Numbered from the stretch's first letter, positions 8,573-18,400 are shown. The stretch: 64,000 nt of DNA from an uncultured Clostridia bacterium (GCA_963558245.1 CAUWGA010000004.1:3198-67197), one strand, 5' to 3'. The notes: a model not told the origin generated them from the sequence alone. Made by a program: numbers and translations.

Positions 8573-10307
8573 CTATAAACCATTAAAATCTTTAAAATAA
8601 GGAAACATTTTTAATGTTTGTGGCGGTAAAATTTTGTTTCCATTAGATAAAAACGTAAGAGCGGTGAAAGTTTCAAGATTTCTAGTAAAAAAGTTAGAAT
8701 CATATATAAAATCATTTTGCAAATATGTGCTATAAGTCTCTGATATATTAGAATTTTGAGAATTTAAAGTATTAGTAATATAACTAAAATTAGTTTCTCT
8801 TGCACTTTCAGAAATGCTTTTAGAAATTTTTTCCTTATCTTCTTTACCAAGTTGTTTTTGAGCTTCTTCAATAGTGAAAATATCATCTGTTCTAAACCAT
8901 ATTTTATTAATTAAATTTTGAGTAATAACTTTAACTGTTGCTTCATCTTTTAAAGTGGTTTTTAAAGAAGAATAACTTTGTGTACTAATAATATTAATAC
9001 ATTTAGCTTCTCTACTTAAAGAAAAGAATTCGCAGTCAGTTTTAGTGGCAAATTTATCATATTCATCACAAATGAAGGCTGAAGTAGTCACATTATTTTT
9101 TGATAAACGATTCATAACCTCTGCTTGAAAATCTAATTTTAAATAAGATGCAATAATTTTAGATAAGTTTGTATATTCAAAAATATTCATATTCAAAACT
9201 ACAATTTTACCTTTTGATAAAACATCATCAAAACCTTTAAAAGTAAGCATATCTTTATCAGAACAAAAAGTATTTAAAACTTCATAGTCAGACACGAAGG
9301 TATTTGTTATTCTAGTAATTTCAGAAATTAATATTCCTTTAGTTCTTACATCCAAATTATTAAATTCTTTTTCAAAAAAGTTTAAACTAGCATTTAATTC
9401 ATAAATCTGTTTTTGGTTAAATTTACAAGAAATAAATAAATCTTTTAAAATTTTAATCTTTTCCTTATAATAATTAGGCTCTGTAATAAGTTTATGTATT
9501 TCAAGAAATGTAACATATCCGGTTATTATAAAGTCTACAAAGTTTAATACTTTCACATAAAACTTCCTCAGCTTTGTCTAACCAATACGACTCTGAATTA
9601 TTTTCGGAAAATAGAAGCAATATAGTTTTTAATCGATTAGCTAAAACTTTAGCTTTTAAATGAGGTTTATGTAATGGATTATAAAAAACATTTGAACCTA
9701 ATTCTAAAACAATTAAATCTTTAGTTAAATTGAATTTTTTGGAATATTCTAATACTTGTTTATAATAATTACCTTTTACATCTAAAATAAGCATACTAAT
9801 TTTTTTATTTAAATTATTAGAATTGTATTGTAATAATTGGCGAGTAAAAGGATACATTGCACTAGAAGTTTTTCCAGAACCAATGGTTCCTGTAATTAAA
9901 AAATTTTGATATAAACCAGACTCTGGAATATAAATAGTTTCTTTTAAATCTTCAGTTTGACCAATTTTTAGTAGTAAATTATTAGGGGCACTTTTGAAAT
10001 TTTTAGAGTGAGAATTTAAATTAATTTTATTTGTTTTAGAATTATTTAATTTGTTTTTAAAACTTTTGAAAAATATAAAAATTTTTAGTAAAATCCTAGA
10101 ATATATAAAATGACCTATAAAAAAATTAGAAAATATTGAAGTAAAAATAAATGTGGTTTTTATTATTTGCCATAAATCTGGATTTTTGGAACAAATATCA
10201 AAAGGATGAATACCATAAGGAATAATTATTTCTTCAGCGATATAAATTGGATAAAAGATTTTAAAAATTATCATACTAGAAATAAATGAAAATAATACTG
10301 AAAACAA
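8573..10307 (-). CDS. Type IV secretion coupling protein (VirD4/TraG family); two frames joined by a +1 shift at CGG (9519-9521), otherwise a pseudogene
   Basis: N-terminal TM helices, Walker A GTIGSGKTSS, ILDVKGNY, Walker B-like FICDEYDKFAT, and a TraG/TraD C-terminal region (NIISTQSYSSLK). ORFs 9501-10307 and 8573-9556 overlap by 56 nt. Confidence 0.7.
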
Positions 10308-10653
10308 AATACTTTTTTTGTTAAATAAAATAGATAAAACCTCCTTTAAAAGTATTTTTTCTTGATTTGTAATTTTGAACCTTGTTTATTATGAAATAAA
10401 ACGACATCAAAAAATGTATATAATGAATATAAAGTGATAAAAAGATAAATAATAAACGTGATAAAATAAAAATCAATTAATTTAGAAATAAAATCACCGC
10501 CTTACGATTTTGGATATAATATAACATTTTTTTTATTTTGTCTATACTTTTTTGAAAAAATATGATAAAATAATTATCACAAAAATATTTAAAACAGGTA
10601 ATTAGGCAAGTTTTAGAGATTTTAAAATAAATTTAAATAGGAGGGAAATAATA

Positions 10654-10839
10654 ATGGAATTTAATAAAGATACAAAAATAGGAGAAATATTAGAAAAAGC
10701 TCCAGAAAAAGCAGATATATTATTAGAAGTAGGAATGCATTGTTTAGGATGCCCAGCATCACAAATGGAAACATTAGAAGAAGCTTGTGCGGTACATGGA
10801 ATAGATGTTGAAGAAGTAGTAAAAATGTTAAATAAATAA
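10654..10839 (+). CDS. DUF1858-type small redox-disulfide protein
   Basis: MEFNKDTKIGEILEKAPEKADILLEVGMHCLGCPAS...; RBS aggaggg upstream. Confidence 0.8.
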   Translation: MEFNKDTKIGEILEKAPEKADILLEVGMHCLGCPASQMETLEEACAVHGIDVEEVVKMLNK

Positions 10840-10936
10840 TAAAAATATAAAATTTTCAATTTTTTTTCACAAATGTATTGACATTTGTGAAAAAATGTTG
10901 TAATATAAGAAAGCATTGTGGTGAACACCAAAATTT

Positions 10937-11012
10937 GGGCCATTAGCTCAGGTGGTAGAGCACTTGACTTTTAATCAAGTTGTCCCGCGTTCGAGTCGCG
11001 GATAGCTCACCA
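10937..11012 (+). tRNA. tRNA-Lys (anticodon UUU)
   Basis: Cloverleaf folded by hand: D arm gctc/gagc, anticodon loop cTTTTaa, T arm ccgcg-ttcgagt-cgcgg, encoded CCA. The acceptor stem has one mismatch and one wobble pair. Confidence 0.85.
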
Positions 11013-11058
11013 AAAGAACTAAATAATTTGAAATAATTATTTAGTTCTTTAAATATAA

Positions 11059-11133
11059 GGCCCGTTGGTCAAGCGGTTAAGACACCGCCCTTTCACGGCG
11101 GAGACATGGGTTCGATTCCCGTACGGGTCACCA
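11059..11133 (+). tRNA. tRNA-Glu (anticodon UUC)
   Basis: Anticodon stem-loop ccgcc-ctTTCac-ggcgg, T loop ttcgatt, encoded CCA. Confidence 0.9.
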
Positions 11134-11149
11134 CAATTTAATTTAATAT

Positions 11150-11226
11150 GCCACTTTAGCTCAGCTGGCCAGAGCATCGCACTTGTAATGCGAGGGTCCC
11201 CAGTTCGAATCTGGGAAGTGGCTCCA
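11150..11226 (+). tRNA. tRNA-Thr (anticodon UGU)
   Basis: Anticodon stem-loop tcgca-ctTGTaa-tgcga, T arm cccag-ttcgaat-ctggg, encoded CCA. Confidence 0.9.
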
Positions 11227-11397
11227 AAAGGTCATTAGTCTTGCAACTGGCTTGATTATTGGCTTTTTTTTAGGTTTGATGTTAATAGATGATGTTATAT
11301 ATACCTAAACTAATATTAGAGAACCACTAACTTGAAGATAAAAAGATTATTAAAAAAATCAAATAATAAAATTTATGAATAAAAGAATAGCTAAATG

Positions 11398-12543
11398 CTA
11401 TTCTTTTATTTTCCAAGTTAATCCAGAATCTTCACTAAAAAAAGTATAATATGAATTTTGACTATAAGAATTAGTCGAAATCATTTCTAAATATAATATA
11501 TTATTAGAATAAAAAGGTAATTTATTAATAGTTAAATTAATGTTAGATAAACTATCTGGTTTTATAAAAGTAGCTTTTTCAAAAGATTTTCCACCATTTA
11601 GAGTAACTAATAGGTTATTATTTTCATAATTTGTACCAGAAATTCCAGGATCGTAGATAAATCCAATATTTTCAGTTAAAAATTCAAATTTTGCACCATT
11701 ATGAATTTGTAAAACGTGGTCAGCATTTTCCAGTTGAGTGTGCCAAGAGTTTCCAGAATCCGTAGTTTTAGCAATACTAATAAGACTTCTTTGAGCTAAA
11801 ACTGAACCTTCAAAAACAATTCTAATAGAAATATTATTAGAAAAAGATTTCTCGTATAAAATTTTATCAGAAGATAAATTTAAATAAGAAGAATTTAAAT
11901 TATCTAATGTATTATTAGAATTATAGTCTGTATTTTGAAAATTTTCTGTATCAGAAGGAATATTTTTATTAGCATTTTTTTGAGTCCAATAATAATCATC
12001 ATCTGTAGAAATAACATTACCAGAATTATCATATTTATAATAATATAATGGGCTTTCTTGATAATGCTCATCATTACTATTTAATGGGTCATATCCTCCA
12101 ATATCATAACTATATTTTTCAAAAATTTTAACTTGATTACCAATAACTAAAAAATTTATATAATCATAATAATTAACCTCTACTTGAAAAATATCATCAG
12201 TATATGCCACATATTTTGTACCATCTCTAATTACAATATGCTCATTATAATTATTTAATATGAAAGCAAGACATATATATGGAATAATTACAATAGAAAA
12301 AATTATTAATAAAATCCACCATAATGCAGTTTTTTTACCATAATATTTTTTGTTTAGTATAATCATTTGAATAAGTCCAGAAAAAATACCTATTACAAAA
12401 AGTAGAAATACTACAAAATAAAACCAATATCTAAAAGTAATATTAAATAGACTTAGAACAAAATGAGAACAAACTGCAATAAAAACTAAAGCTAATGTAT
12501 AAAATAGAATATTAAATTTTAATTTATTAAAAATATTTTTCAT
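11398..12543 (-). CDS. Membrane-anchored BNR/Asp-box repeat protein
   Basis: Three N-terminal TM helices; Asp-box motifs TTDSGNSW, TLNGGKSF and SEDSGLTW. Confidence 0.6.
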   Translation of the reverse strand: MKNIFNKLKFNILFYTLALVFIAVCSHFVLSLFNITFRYWFYFVVFLLFVIGIFSGLIQMIILNKKYYGKKTALWWILLIIFSIVIIPYICLAFILNNYNEHIVIRDGTKYVAYTDDIFQVEVNYYDYINFLVIGNQVKIFEKYSYDIGGYDPLNSNDEHYQESPLYYYKYDNSGNVISTDDDYYWTQKNANKNIPSDTENFQNTDYNSNNTLDNLNSSYLNLSSDKILYEKSFSNNISIRIVFEGSVLAQRSLISIAKTTDSGNSWHTQLENADHVLQIHNGAKFEFLTENIGFIYDPGISGTNYENNNLLVTLNGGKSFEKATFIKPDSLSNINLTINKLPFYSNNILYLEMISTNSYSQNSYYTFFSEDSGLTWKIKE

Positions 12544-12638
12544 AATTAACCTCCATTTTTACTAAGTATATCATAAATGTTGAAAAAATCTACAAAATAT
12601 AATAAAATATAAAAAATAGAAATGGAAATAATTACAAA

Positions 12639-12671
12639 AATGTCCACTTTGGACCTGACCCCAATTGGACA
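12639..12671 (+). repeat. 33-nt conserved motif, copy A (AATGTCCACTTTGGACCTGACCCCAATTGGACA)
   Basis: Near-identical (31/33) to 34567-34599. It contains TGTCCA / TGGAC / TGGACA half-sites in inverted orientation and sits between a sigma-A-like promoter and the RBS of the SDR gene. Confidence 0.6.
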
Positions 12672-12684
12672 AAAGGAGGAAAAA

Positions 12685-13410
12685 ATGATTGCTATAGTAA
12701 CAGGTGCGTCTAAAGGTATTGGAAAAGAAATTGCAAAAGAGCTTGCAAAACATGGTATTAAAGTTGTTGCTAATTATAATAATTCTAAAAGAGAAGCTGA
12801 GGAATTAAAACAAGAACTTAATGAACAAAATATTGAAATTGATATAGTGCAAGCAGATGTTTCAACAAGAGAAGGTGCTAAAAAACTTGCAGAATATACA
12901 TTAAATAAATATAAAAAAGTAGATATATTAATAAATAATGCAGGAATATCAGAATATAAGCTTTTTACAGATGAAACTGATGAGGACTGGAATAAAATAA
13001 TAAATACTAATTTATATTCAGCTTTTGCAATGTCACAAGAAGTTATTCCTAATATGATACACAATAAAAAAGGTTGTATTATAAATATGTCATCAGTATG
13101 GGGAATCGTTGGTGGCGCATTAGAGGTTATTTACTCAGTATCAAAAGCAGGATTAGATGGTTTAACTAAAGCACTTGCAAAAGAGTTAGGTCCTTCTAAT
13201 ATAAGGGTTAATTCAATAGCACCAGGAATAATTAATACAAATATGAATGAGAAATTTAGCGAAGAAGAAATAGAACAGATAAAAGATGAAATACCACTAG
13301 AGAAAATAGGAGAACCTTCAGATATAGCTAAATGTGTTAAATGGTTAATTGAAGATACATATACAACAGGACAAATAATTTCTATAAATGGTGGATGGAT
13401 TATTACATAA
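12685..13410 (+). CDS. SDR-family oxidoreductase, FabG-like 3-oxoacyl reductase
   Basis: MIAIVTGASKGIGKEIA (TGxxxGxG), NNAG, SSVWG...YSVSKAG (YxxxK). RBS aaaggagg lies before the ATG at 12685. The longer ORF-track start at 12622 lacks an RBS. Confidence 0.85.
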   Translation: MIAIVTGASKGIGKEIAKELAKHGIKVVANYNNSKREAEELKQELNEQNIEIDIVQADVSTREGAKKLAEYTLNKYKKVDILINNAGISEYKLFTDETDEDWNKIINTNLYSAFAMSQEVIPNMIHNKKGCIINMSSVWGIVGGALEVIYSVSKAGLDGLTKALAKELGPSNIRVNSIAPGIINTNMNEKFSEEEIEQIKDEIPLEKIGEPSDIAKCVKWLIEDTYTTGQIISINGGWIIT

Positions 13411-13513
13411 ATAAGTATTAATCATTAAGTTTTAATAAAGCCAAATAATCTCTCAGTTATACTGAGAGATTTATAGTTTTAGTAATTTATTAATAATTTA
13501 GAAATATTAAATA

Positions 13514-13987
13514 TTAATTATTACCATCAGTTAATCTTCTTTTATAATTTCCAGAAATTAATTTAGGTAAATAAGTAATAATTTTATAAACTGCTAAACG
13601 AACTTTTTTGCTCCATAAATAAGAACGTCTTAATTTTCTTGCAGAACCTAAAGAAACAGGTTCATCTTCTAAAACAAGTAATTCGTTTTGAACTTTTTCT
13701 AATTGGAATACATAATTTTGACCATTATTGTTATCCCAAACATCATTATTATTCTTAAAACAGAAGTTAAAAGTATCTCCTTCTAACAATTGAATTTCAG
13801 CTTGAAATCCTAAATCAGTTTTTTCCATTTTTACATCTGTTACATTATCCCAGTTTTGTCCAAAACCATAATGAATAGATACTTCCTCAGAAGCATCTTG
13901 ATATAATTGACCTAAATATGATATTTTTACCTTACTATTTTCTACTAATTTATCTGTGTTGAAGAATATATTTTTTGTTAACTCCAT
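13514..13987 (-). CDS. CBM25/CBM53-like starch-binding-module protein with a basic C-terminal tail
   Basis: VKISYLGQLY...VSIHYGFGQNWDNVTDVKM...FNFCFKNNNDVWDNNNGQNYVF matches the CBM25-type pattern. Confidence 0.5.
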   Translation of the reverse strand: MELTKNIFFNTDKLVENSKVKISYLGQLYQDASEEVSIHYGFGQNWDNVTDVKMEKTDLGFQAEIQLLEGDTFNFCFKNNNDVWDNNNGQNYVFQLEKVQNELLVLEDEPVSLGSARKLRRSYLWSKKVRLAVYKIITYLPKLISGNYKRRLTDGNN

Positions 13988-14148
13988 TTAAATTCTCTCC
14001 TTATTTATCTTTTGCTAGCAACATTATAATATTAAATTTTATAATGTTCAAGTATTTTTTAAAAAAAATATCAAATTATTAAAAATATTGTAAAAAAAAT
14101 TACTTTATGGTAATATTAAATTGTAATAAATTATAGGGGAGATTTTCT

Positions 14149-16098
14149 ATGGAAGAAGAAAAGAAAGAAATATTAACTGAAAATTTAAAAGTAAAAGAAC
14201 TTGAAAAAGAGCAAGAAAAAGCAGAAAAAGAAGTAATACAAGAAGAAGCATTAGTGGCCGAGGAATTACAGGAAGAAACACCCGAAGAAAATACAATACA
14301 AGAGGAAGAAGTACAAGAAAAAATAATATCAGAAGAAACAGAAAAAATAGAAGTTTCTAAAAAAGAAAAAAAATTTGAAAGAATAGATTCAAAGAAAAAA
14401 GAAATTTCAAAACACATGAAAAAGATGGAAGAAAAACCAAATAAAACAAACAAAAGAAAGAAAATTATTATAGCCAGCATAATAGGAGTAATAATTATTA
14501 TAGCCCTATTTTTCTCAACAATATTTGCATTAATAAATATTAATAATAATAAAATAATAAAAGGAATATCTATAGAAGGAATAGATATGTCAGGGCTAAC
14601 AAAAGAAGAAGCAAAAAGCAAATTAGAAGATATATATAATAAGAAAAAGGAAACTCAAATAAAAATAAAACATAAAGAATATGAATCAACAATGAGTCCT
14701 ATTTTATTGGAAGTAAACTACGATATAAACAAAGCAATAGAAGAAGCTGATAAAATAGGAAAAAGTGAAAATATATTTATAAATAATTATAATATTTTAT
14801 TTGCTTTAATTTCTAACAAAGATATAGAAGTAGAAATGACAATAAATGAAGATATTGCAAAACAAAATATAGAAGATATGAATGTAAATATACCAGATGG
14901 AGTAATTGAATCTAGTTATTCAGTAGATGACGACGAACTAACAATTACAAAAGGAAAAGCAGGAGTTAAAATTAATTCAGAAGAATTTTTAAAACAAATA
15001 AAAGAAAAACTACAAGATATAAAAATAACAGATATTACAATGGAAATACCAGTTGCAAATGCTAATCCAGAACCAATAAATATAGAAAAAATACACGAAG
15101 AAATATGTAAAGAACCACAAGATGCATATTTTACTAAAGAACCATTTGCAGTATATCCAGAAGTAAATGGAATTAGTTTTGACTTAGAAGAAGCAAAAAA
15201 AATATTAGAAGAAGAAAAAGAAGCATATATAATAAAACTAACTATAACAAAACCAAAAATAACATTAGACAAAATAGGACCAGAGGCTTTTCCAGAAAAA
15301 CTGGCAACATTTTCAACAAGATATGATGTTAGTGATAAAGACAGAACAACAAATTTAGAATTAGCATCTGGAAAAATAAATGGAACAGTAGTACTTTCAG
15401 GAGATGTATTTTCATATAATAAAACAGTAGGAGCAAGAACAGCAGGGGCTGGATATAAAAATGCAAAAATATATGAATCAGGAAAAGTAGTTGATGGATT
15501 AGGAGGAGGAATTTGCCAAATATCTTCAACACTATATAATGCAGTATTATTAGCAAATTTAGAAATAGTAGAAAGAAGGAATCACCAATTTACAACATCA
15601 TATGTAGAACCTGGAAAAGATGCTACAGTAGTATATGGTTCAACAGATTTTAAATTTAAAAATACTAGAAAATATCCTATTAGGTTAGTTGCTACAGCAA
15701 AGAATGGAATAGCAACAGTGAGTGTATATGGAATAAAAGAAGAAACAGAATATACATTTAAGTTTGATATAAAAAAAATAGCAACAATACCATATAAAAC
15801 AGAATACATAGATGATAATACATTACCTACAGGAACAGAACAAGTGGTACAAAAAGGAGCAAATGGATTAAAAACAGAAACATATATAATAAAAATGTTA
15901 AATGGAAAAACTGTTTCAACAAAATTACTTTCAAAAGACACATATAGCGCAATGACTAGAATAGTAAAAAGAGGAACAGGACCTGCGAAAGCAACACCAA
16001 ATATGAGCAACACCGAACAAAATTCAAATACACAGACACCAGAAGAAACGAAACCACAAGAACAAGAAAATGTAAATAAACCAACACAAGAAAATTAA
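14149..16098 (+). CDS. VanW-family protein with N-terminal acidic region, one TM helix and a C-terminal G5-like domain
   Basis: GGGICQISSTLYNAVLLANLEIVERRNHQF (VanW core); LPTGTEQVVQKGANGLKTETY (G5). Confidence 0.85.
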   Translation: MEEEKKEILTENLKVKELEKEQEKAEKEVIQEEALVAEELQEETPEENTIQEEEVQEKIISEETEKIEVSKKEKKFERIDSKKKEISKHMKKMEEKPNKTNKRKKIIIASIIGVIIIIALFFSTIFALININNNKIIKGISIEGIDMSGLTKEEAKSKLEDIYNKKKETQIKIKHKEYESTMSPILLEVNYDINKAIEEADKIGKSENIFINNYNILFALISNKDIEVEMTINEDIAKQNIEDMNVNIPDGVIESSYSVDDDELTITKGKAGVKINSEEFLKQIKEKLQDIKITDITMEIPVANANPEPINIEKIHEEICKEPQDAYFTKEPFAVYPEVNGISFDLEEAKKILEEEKEAYIIKLTITKPKITLDKIGPEAFPEKLATFSTRYDVSDKDRTTNLELASGKINGTVVLSGDVFSYNKTVGARTAGAGYKNAKIYESGKVVDGLGGGICQISSTLYNAVLLANLEIVERRNHQFTTSYVEPGKDATVVYGSTDFKFKNTRKYPIRLVATAKNGIATVSVYGIKEETEYTFKFDIKKIATIPYKTEYIDDNTLPTGTEQVVQKGANGLKTETYIIKMLNGKTVSTKLLSKDTYSAMTRIVKRGTGPAKATPNMSNTEQNSNTQTPEETKPQEQENVNKPTQEN

Positions 16099-16270
16099 AA
16101 TACATACAAATGAGATGTCAAATTAGTAAAATAAATAAACACTAATTTTGGCATCTTTTTTGTTTTTATAAAATTTGCAAATGATAATGATTTTTATAAT
16201 TATAATGTATATCACGAATTTTAAATTCAATAATTCTAAAATTAGCAATGATTTTTAAAATCAGTAGGTA

Positions 16271-16299
16271 TTGACATTTATAAAAAAAGAGAATATAAT
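16271..16299 (+). promoter_or_regulatory. Sigma-A-type promoter for tRNA-Lys(CUU)
   Basis: TTGACA - 17 nt - TATAAT, about 17 nt upstream of the tRNA 5' end. Confidence 0.55.
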
Positions 16300-16315
16300 A
16301 AAAAAAGTTTAATAA

Positions 16316-16391
16316 GCGCTATTAGCTCAGTTGGTAGAGCAACAGACTCTTAATCTGGAGGTCCTCGGTTCGAAGCCGAGATGGCGCACCA
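16316..16391 (+). tRNA. tRNA-Lys (anticodon CUU)
   Basis: Acceptor gcgctat/atggcgc, anticodon loop ctCTTaa, T arm ctcgg-ttcgaag-ccgag, encoded CCA. Confidence 0.9.
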
Positions 16392-16395
16392 TAGT

Positions 16396-16424
16396 AAAAA
16401 AGCACTAGTATAAGTGCTTTTTTT
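16396..16424 (+). terminator. Terminator after tRNA-Lys(CUU)
   Basis: agcact-agtata-agtgct followed by ttttttt. Confidence 0.75.
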
Positions 16425-16949
16425 ATAGGAACTTAAAATTTCTAACTATGACAATAAAATATTTACAAATGTAAAAATTATGAGCATTGCAATAAAATTG
16501 AATTAATAATTTCTAAATAAAATAACACAAATAGGAGAAAAATTATGGGAATAAAACAAGAAAATTAAATTACATTGAAAGTAAATTGTGGAATAAATGA
16601 GCTATTGATTATTATAGAATAATGAATATTGTAGAAAGTGATACTGTTTATAGAAAAGAGGATTTTGAAATAGCTATAAAAGATATAGAGAATGGATACA
16701 ATTTAATTCAAATAGAGACAGTATCAAATAATGACCATATTATACAATAGAAAAATTAAAATCACAAATTATTAATTTAGAAATTCCTGTTGATATCAGT
16801 AATTTTTTTGTAAAAAAGGCAGAAACAGAATTAGATAAAATAATAAGAAGATAGATATGTTTATTTAATATTGAAAATGTAAAAAATAATAAAAGTTTGA
16901 ATAAAAAATATTATTTGACATATTATAATTAATGTAGTATACTATATTT

Positions 16950-17077
16950 AGCTTATAAGCAAATTAATTTGATGTATAACATTTGTGAAAATGTAACACT
17001 TGAAAAAGACTAACAGGGCAAAAAGGTTAGTCTTTTTCCAATTATAAAAGACTAGGAGGGCAAATCCTAGTCTTTTT
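16950..17077 (+). ncRNA. Candidate small RNA (possible type I antitoxin) ending in two tandem hairpins
   Basis: Promoter TTGACA(16915)-17 nt-TATACT(16938). No ORF follows. Two related bidirectional hairpins at 17003-17037 and 17047-17077 share the loop GGGCAAA. Confidence 0.3.
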
Positions 17078-17079
17078 GT

Positions 17080-17148
17080 CTAATCATCAAATTCTTTTAA
17101 AATTAAAAGAATAATGATTAATGCAATCAATTTGATGTAATTTTTCAT
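17080..17148 (-). CDS. Candidate 22-aa hydrophobic peptide (type I toxin-like)
   Basis: MKNYIKLIALIIILLILKEFDD. GGAGG lies upstream, but the spacing of about 14 nt is long. The stop abuts hairpin 17047-17077, which is shared with the convergent candidate sRNA. Confidence 0.35.
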   Translation of the reverse strand: MKNYIKLIALIIILLILKEFDD

Positions 17149-17254
17149 TTATGCAAATAACACCTCCTTTCTAGCTTATTGCCGAAAGGCTATTTTAATA
17201 TACAATATTTTTACAAATTATTCAATAAATTTTAACAGTTTTTCAATAACTATT

Positions 17255-17277
17255 TTGTATGTTTGACAAACATACAA
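17255..17277. promoter_or_regulatory. Perfect 11-1-11 palindrome upstream of corA
   Basis: TTGTATGTTTG-A-CAAACATACAA, about 30 nt upstream of a TTGACA...TAAAAT promoter-like pair for corA. Confidence 0.4.
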
Positions 17278-17362
17278 TAAATAGTACTGGTTTACATATA
17301 TATTAATTGACAAAACAATAAAAAAATAGTAAAATATTAATATTGGGTAAATAAAAAAAGGG

Positions 17363-18322
17363 GTGATGGATTTGCTAAAAATATATCATACAGATATTGA
17401 TACAAATGAATTTCAAGAAATTAAAGAGTTTAAAAAAGGAGCATGGATTAATTTGGTGAATCCATCGGAAAATGAAATAAAAAAAGTATGTGAAAACGTA
17501 CAAATTCAAGAGGACTTTATAAGAGATGCACTAGACTTTGAAGAAAAAGCTAGAATAGACCAAGAAGATGATGACAACACAATTCTTTTTGTAGTTGATG
17601 TACCAGTAACGGAAAAAGGAGAAGAAGGAGAAGTAATATATAGTACAATGCCTTTAGGTATGATAGTAGTAAGAGACGACTTTTTTATAACAGTTTCATT
17701 AAGAAAAAACAAAATAATAGAACCATTTGAAAAAAGAAAAATTAAAAACTTTCAAACATATAAAAAGACAAGATTTATTTTTCAAATACTATATTTAAAT
17801 TCATCTTTCTATTTAAATTATCTAAAGCAAATAAACAAAGAAACAGAAATTGCAGAATACATATTAAAAAATTCTATGAGAAATAAAGAACTTTTAAGAA
17901 TGTTAACATTAGAAAAAGGTTTAGTATATTTTACAACATCATTAAAATCAAACGAATTAGTCATGGAAAAAACATTAAGAGGAAAAATAATAAAATTATA
18001 TGAAGAAGATGAAGAAATACTAGAAGATGCAATTACAGAAAATAGACAGGCCATAGAAATGGCACAAATTTATAACAACATCTTAGGAGGAACAATGGAC
18101 GCATACGCATCAATAATTTCAAATAACCTAAATGGAGTTATGAAAACATTAACATCAATAACAATTATACTAGCTGTACCTACAATGATATCAAGTTTTT
18201 GGGGTATGAACGTAGGATTACCATTACAAGATAATCCATTTGGATTTATAGTAATGATATCAATATCAATAATACTTACATTAATAGTTTCATGGTGGCT
18301 AAAAAGAAGAGATATGTTATAA
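17363..18322 (+). CDS. corA: CorA-family magnesium/cobalt transporter
   Basis: FWGMNVGLP (GMN motif) before the last TM helix; two C-terminal TM helices. The start is ambiguous (GTG 17363, ATG 17366 or TTG 17372). Confidence 0.9.
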   Translation: MMDLLKIYHTDIDTNEFQEIKEFKKGAWINLVNPSENEIKKVCENVQIQEDFIRDALDFEEKARIDQEDDDNTILFVVDVPVTEKGEEGEVIYSTMPLGMIVVRDDFFITVSLRKNKIIEPFEKRKIKNFQTYKKTRFIFQILYLNSSFYLNYLKQINKETEIAEYILKNSMRNKELLRMLTLEKGLVYFTTSLKSNELVMEKTLRGKIIKLYEEDEEILEDAITENRQAIEMAQIYNNILGGTMDAYASIISNNLNGVMKTLTSITIILAVPTMISSFWGMNVGLPLQDNPFGFIVMISISIILTLIVSWWLKRRDML

Positions 18323-18400
18323 AAAATAAGTGGAGAAAATATAGATTTTCTCCACTTATTTTTTGAATAATCAAAAGAATAATTCATATTAAAAAATTAA

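Noticed and set aside
10602-10943. 113-aa minus-strand ORF
   Set aside because: It is antisense to the DUF1858 gene and its start overlaps the 5' end of tRNA-Lys. There is no RBS and the composition is not protein-like.
12622-12684. Upstream extension of the SDR gene (ORF-track start at 12622)
   Set aside because: The strong RBS sits directly before the ATG at 12685, which begins the canonical MIAIVTGAS Rossmann N-terminus. The extension merely reads through the 33-nt motif.
14100-16013. Minus-strand ORFs opposite the VanW gene (14100-14621, 14916-15272, 15329-15556, 15582-16013)
   Set aside because: These are antisense shadow ORFs of a Glu/Lys-rich gene, with low-complexity Phe/Ser/Ile translations.
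16440-16870. About 430 nt with several short protein-like frames (for example MNIVESDTVYRKEDFEIAIKDIENGYNLIQIETVSNNDHIIQ*) interrupted by stops; possible decayed gene
   Set aside because: There is no recognisable family and no continuous frame, so I cannot support an annotation from sequence alone. It would need a translated homology search.
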